A stretch of DNA of 32,000 nt, from NCBI RefSeq assembly GCF_000195955.2, contig NC_000962.3, positions 60,001-92,000 of the forward strand, in the 5' to 3' direction. The DNA is from Mycobacterium tuberculosis H37Rv. GTDB lineage: Bacteria > Actinomycetota > Actinomycetes > Mycobacteriales > Mycobacteriaceae. A model generated the notes under the pieces. It searched no databases. It saw nothing but the letters and a program-made list of their open reading frames with translations, and was not told the origin of the DNA. The translations under genes were made by a program, and so were the position numbers. Position 1 is the stretch's first letter. Every line of letters starts with the position of its first letter. Of the stretch, positions 20,220-27,207 are shown piece after piece.

Positions 20220-20253
20220 GAGCCAGATACGGTGAAAGTCGCACGTCCGGTTC
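20220..20253 (+). mobile_element. Group II intron domain V remnant
   Basis: GAGCCAGAUACGGUGAAAGUCGCACGUCCGGUUC has the AGC triad, GAAA tetraloop and AC bulge. 28/34 positions match the ai5-gamma domain V as I recall it. Lies 27 nt after the RT ORF stop, the canonical position. Confidence 0.65.
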
Positions 20254-20304
20254 GAAGGGCGGCCACGGGAAACGGACCCGCAGCAACGCGGGCACCGCAC
20301 CCAT

Positions 20305-20553
20305 GGTCGACCCAACTGCCACGCACCCGGTGACCGGTGCGAAGTCCACCATATCGACCAGTGGGCAACCGGCGGCTCAACCGATATCGACAAACTCACC
20401 TTCACCTGCACACCCAACCACAAGCTAGTCGGGAAAGGCTGGCAGACAAGGAAACGGTCCGACGGCCAAACGGAATGGATCCCGCCACCCCACCTCGACC
20501 GCGGTGCCCACACCAACGACTACCACCACCCCGAACGCCTCTTCGACCACTAG
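20305..20553 (+). pseudogene. C-terminal fragment of a 13E12/DUF222-type HNH endonuclease gene, with no start codon or N-terminal part
   Basis: In-frame translation: GRPNCHAPGDRCEVHHIDQWATGGSTDIDKLTFTCTPNHKLVGKGWQTRKRSDGQTEWIPPPHLDRGAHTNDYHHPERLFDH*. The Cys pair, HH..W..GG.T and the WIPPPHLD...HHPE tail are typical of mycobacterial REP13E12 proteins. The frame is closed by TGA at 20233-20235. Confidence 0.65.
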
Positions 20554-20623
20554 CGGGCCGCGCCCTGACCACAAAACGTCAAGACCAGGCCCCACAAGTG
20601 CGCCACGTTGGTAGCCTCTGGGA

Positions 20624-21673
20624 ATGCTCTTCGCGGCCCTGCGTGACATGCAATGGAGAAAGCGCCGCCTGGTCATCACGATCATCAGCACCGGGCTGAT
20701 CTTCGGGATGACGCTTGTTTTGACCGGACTCGCGAACGGCTTCCGGGTGGAGGCCCGGCACACCGTCGATTCCATGGGTGTCGATGTATTCGTCGTCAGA
20801 TCCGGCGCTGCTGGACCTTTTCTGGGTTCAATACCGTTTCCCGATGTTGACCTGGCCCGAGTGGCCGCTGAACCCGGTGTCATGGCCGCGGCCCCGTTGG
20901 GCAGCGTGGGGACGATCATGAAAGAAGGCACGTCGACGCGAAACGTCACGGTCTTCGGCGCGCCCGAGCACGGACCTGGCATGCCACGGGTCTCAGAGGG
21001 TCGGTCACCGTCGAAACCGGACGAAGTCGCGGCATCGAGCACGATGGGCCGACACCTCGGTGACACTGTCGAGGTCGGCGCGCGCAGATTGCGGGTCGTT
21101 GGCATTGTGCCGAATTCCACCGCGCTGGCCAAGATCCCCAATGTCTTCCTCACGACCGAGGGCTTACAGAAATTGGCGTACAACGGGCAGCCGAATATCA
21201 CGTCCATCGGGATCATAGGTATGCCCCGACAGCTGCCGGAGGGTTACCAGACTTTCGATCGGGTGGGCGCTGTCAATGATTTGGTGCGCCCATTGAAGGT
21301 CGCAGTGAATTCGATCTCGATCGTGGCTGTTTTGCTGTGGATTGTGGCGGTGCTGATCGTCGGCTCGGTGGTGTACCTTTCGGCTCTTGAGCGGCTACGT
21401 GACTTCGCGGTGTTCAAGGCGATTGGCACGCCAACGCGCTCGATTATGGCCGGGCTCGCATTACAGGCGCTGGTCATTGCGTTGCTTGCGGCGGTGGTGG
21501 GCGTCGTCCTGGCGCAGGTGTTGGCACCACTGTTTCCGATGATTGTCGCGGTACCCGTCGGTGCTTACCTGGCGCTACCGGTGGCCGCGATCGTCATCGG
21601 TCTGTTCGCTAGTGTTGCCGGATTGAAGCGCGTGGTGACGGTCGATCCCGCGCAGGCGTTCGGAGGTCCCTAG
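20624..21673 (+). CDS. ABC transporter permease, FtsX/MacB type (Rv0072 position)
   Basis: 349 aa: TM1, a roughly 200-aa extracytoplasmic domain, then 3 C-terminal TMs. A -10-like TAGCCT lies 6 nt upstream of the ATG, so the mRNA may be leaderless. Confidence 0.9.
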   Translation: MLFAALRDMQWRKRRLVITIISTGLIFGMTLVLTGLANGFRVEARHTVDSMGVDVFVVRSGAAGPFLGSIPFPDVDLARVAAEPGVMAAAPLGSVGTIMKEGTSTRNVTVFGAPEHGPGMPRVSEGRSPSKPDEVAASSTMGRHLGDTVEVGARRLRVVGIVPNSTALAKIPNVFLTTEGLQKLAYNGQPNITSIGIIGMPRQLPEGYQTFDRVGAVNDLVRPLKVAVNSISIVAVLLWIVAVLIVGSVVYLSALERLRDFAVFKAIGTPTRSIMAGLALQALVIALLAAVVGVVLAQVLAPLFPMIVAVPVGAYLALPVAAIVIGLFASVAGLKRVVTVDPAQAFGGP

Positions 21674-21693
21674 CGGTGGGCGATCTCAGCATT
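21607..21693 (+). repeat. Direct repeat copy A: 3' end of the permease gene plus the first codons of the ATPase gene
   Basis: Core 21656-21693 is GCGTTCGGAGGTCCCTAGCGGTGGGCGATCTCAGCATT. See copy B. Confidence 0.8.
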
Positions 21694-22668
21694 CAGAACC
21701 TCGTCGTTGAGTACTACAGCGGTGGATACGCGCTTAGGCCGATCAACGGTTTGAACCTCGACGTGGCAGCCGGGTCGTTGGTGATGCTGCTCGGACCCAG
21801 CGGCTGCGGCAAGACGACACTGCTTTCCTGTCTGGGCGGCATTCTGCGCCCGAAGTCTGGGGCGATCAAGTTCGACGAAGTCGACATCACGACGCTACAA
21901 GGCGCCGAGCTGGCGAACTACCGGCGTAACAAGGTCGGCATCGTGTTCCAGGCGTTCAATCTGGTGCCCAGCCTGACCGCTGTCGAGAACGTGATGGTGC
22001 CGTTACGCTCGGCCGGGATGTCACGCAGGGCGTCGCGTAGGCGTGCCGAAGAACTGCTGGCGCGCGTCAATCTCGCGGAACGAATGAATCATCGACCCGG
22101 TGATCTGAGCGGAGGTCAGCAGCAACGAGTCGCGGTGGCACGCGCGATTGCGCTGGATCCGCCACTGATCCTCGCTGACGAACCGACCGCACACCTGGAT
22201 TTCATCCAGGTGGAGGAGGTGCTGCGGTTGATCCGCGAACTGGCCGATGGCGAGCGTGTGGTCGTGGTCGCAACCCACGACAGCAGGATGTTGCCGATGG
22301 CCGATCGCGTCGTTGAGCTGACACCCGATTTCGCGGAGACAAATCGGCCACCTGAAACCGTACATCTTCAGGCCGGCGAGGTGCTGTTCGAGCAGAGCAC
22401 GATGGGCGACCTGATCTACGTGGTGTCGGAGGGCGAGTTTGAGATTGTGCACGAATTGGCCGACGGCGGTGAGGAATTGGTCAAGGTTGCCGGGCCGGGG
22501 GATTACTTCGGCGAGATAGGCGTGCTGTTTCACCTGCCGCGCTCGGCGACCGTGCGTGCCCGCAGCGACGCGACGGCCGTCGGCTATACCGTGCAGGCGT
22601 TTCGTGAGCGGCTCGGCGTGGGGGGTCTGCGCGATCTGATCGAGCATCGTGCGCTTGCCAACGACTAA
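21676..22668 (+). CDS. ABC transporter ATPase (MacB/LolD-like) fused to a C-terminal cyclic-nucleotide-binding domain (Rv0073 position)
   Basis: GTG start 2 nt after the permease stop. Walker A GPSGCGKTT, signature LSGGQQQRVAVARA, Walker B ILADEPT. C-terminal about 100 aa: GDLIYVVSEGEFEIV...GDYFGEIGVLFHLPRSATVRA (FGE...RSA phosphate-binding cassette). Confidence 0.92.
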   Translation: MGDLSIQNLVVEYYSGGYALRPINGLNLDVAAGSLVMLLGPSGCGKTTLLSCLGGILRPKSGAIKFDEVDITTLQGAELANYRRNKVGIVFQAFNLVPSLTAVENVMVPLRSAGMSRRASRRRAEELLARVNLAERMNHRPGDLSGGQQQRVAVARAIALDPPLILADEPTAHLDFIQVEEVLRLIRELADGERVVVVATHDSRMLPMADRVVELTPDFAETNRPPETVHLQAGEVLFEQSTMGDLIYVVSEGEFEIVHELADGGEELVKVAGPGDYFGEIGVLFHLPRSATVRARSDATAVGYTVQAFRERLGVGGLRDLIEHRALAND

Positions 22669-22669
22669 C

Positions 22670-22765
22670 CCGGCTTGGCCGGAACTAGCCACTGCCGGGG
22701 CAGCGGTGGCGGTTCACACCGCGTGCGCGTTTGGAGGTCCCTGAGCGATGGGCGATCTGAGCATT
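22670..22765 (+). repeat. Direct repeat copy B: fossil permease 3' end (AFGGP-stop) plus an MGDLSI start, now the 5' end of the amidohydrolase gene
   Basis: Core 22727-22765 is GCGTTTGGAGGTCCCTGAGCGATGGGCGATCTGAGCATT, 35 of 39 aligned columns identical to copy A. Weaker similarity extends about 55 nt further upstream. Confidence 0.8.
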
Positions 22766-23983
22766 AGCCAGGTGTCGGCGCGTCCGGGACGGATCGGGAT
22801 TCGCGCTAGGCAAATGTTCGACGGATACCGGTTTCAGCGTGGTCCCGTGCTGGTCGTGGTCGAGGATGGTCGGATCAGCGCGGTCGATTTTGCTGGCTCC
22901 GCCTGCCCCGATATGAACCTGGTTGATCTGGGTGAATCGACTTTGTTGCCGGGTCTGGTGGATGCGCATGCGCATTTGTGCTGGGACCCCGACGGTAGGC
23001 CAGAGGATTTGGCCGGCGACCCCCATGCGGTGCTGGTGGGACGGGCGCGACGGCACGCCGCGGCCGCGTTGCGCTCCGGGATCACCACGATTCGCGATCT
23101 CGGCGACCGTGACTATGCGGCCTTGGCGCTGCGGGAGGAGTATCGGCAGAAAACGACGGTGGGGCCGGAACTGGTGGTTTCTGGGCCACCATTGACTCGC
23201 AGCGGCGGGCATTGCTGGTTCCTCGGCGGCGTGGCCGATAGCGTCGAGGAGCTGGTTGATGCGGTGCAGGAGCGGGCCGCGCGGGGAGCGGATTGGATCA
23301 AGGTGATGGCCACGGGCGGATTCGTTACCACAGCATCCGATCCGTGGCAGCCGCAGTACGGCAGCGGCCAACTGGCCGCGGTGGTGGCGGCCGCCGAGCA
23401 GGTAGGTCTACCGGTGACCGCACATGCACATGCCACCGCAGGGATCGCCGCGGCGGTCGCCGCGGGTGTTGACGGCATCGAGCACTGCACGTTCTTGAGC
23501 GAAGGCAGCGCCGCCGCCAGCCCGGATGTTGTTGAAGCGATTGTTGCCCAAGGTGTGTGGTGCGGTATGACGATTCCCCGGGTGTATCCGGAGATGCCGG
23601 AGAACCTTGTCGCGGTTGTGCAGGATGGATGGCGAAACATCCGCCGGCTCATCGACGCCGGTGCGCGTGTCGCCCTGTCCACCGACGCTGGAGTCGCCCC
23701 GGGCAGACGCCATGACGTGCTCCCCGACGATTTGGTGTATCTGTCTCGACACGGGTTCACCAGCACAGAGGTGCTGACCGGCGCCACCGCAGCGGCCGCT
23801 GCCAGCTGTGGGCTCGGCCACCGCAAGGGTCGCATCGCGCCGGGCTACGACGCTGATCTGCTGGCTGTTGCGGCAGGTGTGGACCATGACCCCGCCGGAC
23901 TCTGCGACGTCAAAGCCGTCTGGCGCAGCGGAACCCAGGTACCGCTACAAGCATCCGCTGTGGGCTACAACACCCCGTCATAA
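22748..23983 (+). CDS. Metal-dependent amidohydrolase-superfamily protein (Rv0074 position)
   Basis: 411 aa. IRARQMFDG...VVVEDGRISAV is a typical N-terminus, with LPGLVDAHAHL (HxH metal motif). The first roughly 7 codons duplicate the ATPase gene start, so the true start is uncertain. Confidence 0.88.
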   Translation: MGDLSISQVSARPGRIGIRARQMFDGYRFQRGPVLVVVEDGRISAVDFAGSACPDMNLVDLGESTLLPGLVDAHAHLCWDPDGRPEDLAGDPHAVLVGRARRHAAAALRSGITTIRDLGDRDYAALALREEYRQKTTVGPELVVSGPPLTRSGGHCWFLGGVADSVEELVDAVQERAARGADWIKVMATGGFVTTASDPWQPQYGSGQLAAVVAAAEQVGLPVTAHAHATAGIAAAVAAGVDGIEHCTFLSEGSAAASPDVVEAIVAQGVWCGMTIPRVYPEMPENLVAVVQDGWRNIRRLIDAGARVALSTDAGVAPGRRHDVLPDDLVYLSRHGFTSTEVLTGATAAAAASCGLGHRKGRIAPGYDADLLAVAAGVDHDPAGLCDVKAVWRSGTQVPLQASAVGYNTPS

Positions 23984-23995
23984 CCCCGTCATAAA

Positions 23996-25168
23996 ATGCA
24001 GGACAGCATCTTCAATCTGTTGACCGAGGAACAGCTTCGGGGTCGCAACACGCTCAAGTGGAACTATTTCGGGCCCGATGTAGTGCCACTGTGGCTGGCG
24101 GAGATGGACTTTCCCACCGCACCGGCTGTGCTCGACGGGGTGCGGGCGTGCGTCGACAACGAGGAGTTCGGCTACCCGCCGTTGGGCGAGGACAGCCTGC
24201 CGAGGGCGACGGCCGATTGGTGCCGACAACGCTACGGTTGGTGCCCCCGACCGGACTGGGTCCGCGTCGTGCCGGATGTCCTGAAGGGGATGGAAGTCGT
24301 CGTCGAATTCCTTACCCGGCCGGAGAGTCCGGTCGCGTTGCCGGTTCCGGCTTACATGCCGTTTTTCGACGTCCTGCACGTCACCGGCCGCCAACGAGTG
24401 GAAGTCCCAATGGTGCAGCAAGACTCGGGACGCTACCTGCTGGACCTGGACGCTCTGCAGGCCGCGTTCGTCCGCGGTGCCGGATCGGTGATTATCTGCA
24501 ATCCGAATAACCCACTGGGTACGGCGTTCACCGAAGCCGAGCTACGTGCGATTGTGGATATCGCGGCCCGCCACGGCGCCCGGGTGATCGCGGATGAGAT
24601 CTGGGCACCGGTGGTCTACGGATCGCGCCATGTCGCCGCCGCTTCGGTGTCGGAGGCGGCGGCTGAAGTCGTGGTCACGTTGGTGTCGGCGTCCAAAGGC
24701 TGGAACTTGCCGGGTCTGATGTGCGCTCAGGTGATCCTGTCTAACCGCCGTGACGCCCACGACTGGGACCGGATCAACATGTTGCACCGCATGGGCGCAT
24801 CAACGGTCGGTATCCGCGCGAACATCGCCGCCTACCATCATGGCGAATCTTGGTTGGACGAGCTGCTCCCTTATCTGCGGGCGAACCGTGATCATCTGGC
24901 ACGGGCGCTGCCGGAGTTAGCTCCCGGGGTAGAGGTCAACGCTCCGGACGGTACCTACCTGTCGTGGGTGGATTTCCGTGCGCTGGCTCTGCCGTCTGAA
25001 CCGGCGGAATACCTGCTCTCGAAGGCGAAGGTGGCGCTGTCGCCTGGCATTCCGTTCGGCGCCGCGGTGGGCTCGGGATTTGCGCGGCTGAACTTCGCCA
25101 CCACCCGCGCAATACTGGATCGGGCGATCGAGGCTATCGCGGCCGCCCTGCGCGACATCATCGATTAA
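23996..25168 (+). CDS. PLP-dependent aminotransferase class I/II, MalY/PatB-like C-S lyase type (Rv0075 position)
   Basis: 390 aa. LKWNYFGPDVVPLWLAEMDF at the N-terminus, NPNNPLG, and the SASKGWNLPG PLP-lysine motif. Confidence 0.9.
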   Translation: MQDSIFNLLTEEQLRGRNTLKWNYFGPDVVPLWLAEMDFPTAPAVLDGVRACVDNEEFGYPPLGEDSLPRATADWCRQRYGWCPRPDWVRVVPDVLKGMEVVVEFLTRPESPVALPVPAYMPFFDVLHVTGRQRVEVPMVQQDSGRYLLDLDALQAAFVRGAGSVIICNPNNPLGTAFTEAELRAIVDIAARHGARVIADEIWAPVVYGSRHVAAASVSEAAAEVVVTLVSASKGWNLPGLMCAQVILSNRRDAHDWDRINMLHRMGASTVGIRANIAAYHHGESWLDELLPYLRANRDHLARALPELAPGVEVNAPDGTYLSWVDFRALALPSEPAEYLLSKAKVALSPGIPFGAAVGSGFARLNFATTRAILDRAIEAIAAALRDIID

Positions 25169-25182
25169 GCCAACCAGTAGAT

Positions 25183-25572
25183 TCACAACGCTGCGGCGTG
25201 TTGGGTCAGGCTGAAGAAGATGTAGGCGAGGCAGATCAGGAAGTTCAGTGCCACGAGAACCAAACCCAGACAGATTAGTGAATGCGTGGCTCGGCGTTGT
25301 AGGCGGTGGAATTTCGCGACGCGCTTCTCATGGTTCAGCTGGGTCACGATCAGTGCGAACTTGACGTCGGTCCATTCTTCGTCGGCGGCGGGAGCGCCCA
25401 ACAGCATTTCCTGAAGGCGCTTCGGCGGGGCTTCGACGCCGACCCGCGCGAAGTGCTGGCTCAGCCGCCGGGCTTGCCTGCGGCCAAGAATCTGACCCCG
25501 CACCGGTGGCTGATGCGAGAGCTTCCTTCGTTCGTCCCCCCAGTGGTTGGACGGGGTCGTCACAGCGGGCAT
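25183..25572 (-). CDS. Small membrane protein with a single C-terminal TM (Rv0076c position)
   Basis: ORF ends at 25183. C-terminal TM SLICLGLVLVALNFLICLAYIFFSL. The start is taken at ATG 25572 (MPAVTTPSNHW); the alternative upstream start is 25623. Confidence 0.6.
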   Translation of the reverse strand: MPAVTTPSNHWGDERRKLSHQPPVRGQILGRRQARRLSQHFARVGVEAPPKRLQEMLLGAPAADEEWTDVKFALIVTQLNHEKRVAKFHRLQRRATHSLICLGLVLVALNFLICLAYIFFSLTQHAAAL

Positions 25573-25635
25573 TCTAAGTCCCGCGGGCCACAAAAGGCAG
25601 TGCCGCGGAACTTCTTGGCCCAAACGGGCACCCGG

Positions 25636-26466
25636 CTACGTGCGCACCGCGACCGTCGACAACTGGTCGGCGAGCCGGTCCGGGGAATCCACCATCGAGA
25701 ACGTCCGTGCTCCCTCGATTACCTCGAAACGGGCGCGCGGGATGGTCGCGGCGAGCCGTTGACCGTTCTCGAGTGCGAAGAACACGTCATCCGCCGACCA
25801 CGCGATGAGCGCCGGCTTGTCGAATTCAGGCAGCCGGGCGGCGACTGCGGTGGTGACTTCGGTGCGCAGCGATAGCGAGAGCTGACGCAGGTCTTCGGCG
25901 ATGGCCGGGTTGGATAGCGCCGGACGAACCCAGGCCCGGGTGAGATGGTCGATGTTGTGGTGCGACAAACCGGCATACGCGCGGTTACGCGCGGCCGGTG
26001 CCCGCATCACCTGGATCGCGGCCCGGAACAGGGTGGCCGATTTCGCGGCCAGGATCACCGGTTTGAGGATCGGCGGCGGAAAGTGTTCGAACGCATCGCA
26101 ACTAGTGAGGACCAGGGCACCGAGCCGTTCGGGATAGTGGACCGCGACGAGCTGGGTGACGACCCCGCCGGTGTCGTTGCCGACCAGCACCACGTCCTTG
26201 AGCTCGAGCGCGGCAAGGACGTCGGCGACGATGCCGGCAACCCCGCCGATGGTCTGGTCGGCGCCGGGGCGTAGCGGCTTAGGATGCGCACCCAGCGGCC
26301 AGGTGGGGGCGATGCAGCGCAGGCCACGACCGGCGAGTCGCTCACTGACCCGTCGCCATAGTTGACCGCCCATCATGTACCCGTGCACGAACACGACAGG
26401 CCTGCCAGTTTCGGGTCCGGTTGCTTCGTAATGAATAGTTCCGGCACTAATGTCGATCGTCGACAT
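25636..26466 (-). CDS. Alpha/beta-fold hydrolase with an Asp nucleophile elbow (Rv0077c position)
   Basis: Start at ATG 26466 (MSTIDISAGTIHYEATG), 276 codons. HGYMMGG oxyanion region. LVGNDTGG elbow (G-x-D-x-G, as in dehalogenase/epoxide-hydrolase-like enzymes). Confidence 0.88.
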   Translation of the reverse strand: MSTIDISAGTIHYEATGPETGRPVVFVHGYMMGGQLWRRVSERLAGRGLRCIAPTWPLGAHPKPLRPGADQTIGGVAGIVADVLAALELKDVVLVGNDTGGVVTQLVAVHYPERLGALVLTSCDAFEHFPPPILKPVILAAKSATLFRAAIQVMRAPAARNRAYAGLSHHNIDHLTRAWVRPALSNPAIAEDLRQLSLSLRTEVTTAVAARLPEFDKPALIAWSADDVFFALENGQRLAATIPRARFEVIEGARTFSMVDSPDRLADQLSTVAVRT

Positions 26467-26506
26467 GGATGCCCACCCTTCGAGGTACATTTACAAGCAG
26501 ACTGCC

Positions 26507-26517
26507 GGTAACTTACC
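26507..26517. promoter_or_regulatory. Candidate operator element in the 61-bp Rv0077c/Rv0078 spacer
   Basis: Perfect 11-bp palindrome GGTAA-C-TTACC, flanked by the outer inverted pentamers TACAA and TTGTA. Confidence 0.3.
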
Positions 26518-26527
26518 AACAGATTGT

Positions 26528-27133
26528 ATGGAAATCAAGAGACGCACCCAGGAGGAACGCTCCGCGGCGACCCGCGAGGCGCTGATCACCGGGGCCCGCA
26601 AGCTGTGGGGGTTACGGGGTTATGCGGAGGTGGGGACGCCGGAAATCGCGACCGAGGCGGGGGTCACGCGGGGGGCGATGTACCACCAATTCGCCGATAA
26701 AGCAGCACTATTCCGCGATGTGGTGGAGGTCGTGGAGCAAGACGTGATGGCCCGGATGGCCACCTTGGTCGCCGCCTCGGGGGCGGCGACGCCGGCCGAT
26801 GCAATCCGGGCAGCGGTCGATGCCTGGCTCGAGGTATCTGGTGATCCGGAGGTGCGTCAGCTGATCCTGCTGGATGCGCCCGTCGTGCTGGGCTGGGCGG
26901 GTTTCCGCGACGTCGCCCAGCGATACAGCCTGGGCATGACCGAACAGTTGATCACCGAGGCGATCCGGGCCGGCCAGTTGGCTCGTCAACCGGTGCGGCC
27001 GCTGGCCCAGGTGCTCATTGGCGCGCTCGACGAGGCGGCGATGTTCATCGCCACCGCCGACGACCCCAAGCGCGCCCGTCGGGAGACCAGACAGGTGCTG
27101 CGCCGGCTCATCGACGGGATGCTTAACGGCTAG
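26528..27133 (+). CDS. TetR-family repressor divergent from the hydrolase gene (Rv0078 position)
   Basis: ATG 26528 (MEIKRRTQEERSAATREALITGARKLWGLRGYAEVGTPEIATEAGVTRGAMYHQFADKAALF), 201 codons. The longer track ORF would overlap the divergent gene start. Confidence 0.9.
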   Translation: MEIKRRTQEERSAATREALITGARKLWGLRGYAEVGTPEIATEAGVTRGAMYHQFADKAALFRDVVEVVEQDVMARMATLVAASGAATPADAIRAAVDAWLEVSGDPEVRQLILLDAPVVLGWAGFRDVAQRYSLGMTEQLITEAIRAGQLARQPVRPLAQVLIGALDEAAMFIATADDPKRARRETRQVLRRLIDGMLNG

Positions 27134-27207
27134 CGCTGGGCGCGGCCTCGGCAAAATGGCTTGCGGACCGGGATCTGAGTTCCAGAACTGGGCGCAGGAC
27201 TGGCTGG

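Noticed and set aside
20254-20304. Domain VI and the 3' splice site of the intron remnant
   Set aside because: I could only find a weak 4-bp helix (CGGG/CCCG) and no convincing bulged-A stem. The boundary between intron and HNH fragment therefore stays unresolved.
26450-26527. Upstream start for the Rv0078 TetR gene; likewise 28111-28203 for Rv0079 and 29458-29574 for Rv0081
   Set aside because: These longer forms would overlap the divergent gene start or swallow the DosR box and leader repeats. The shorter starts have better SD or context and give canonical domain N-termini.
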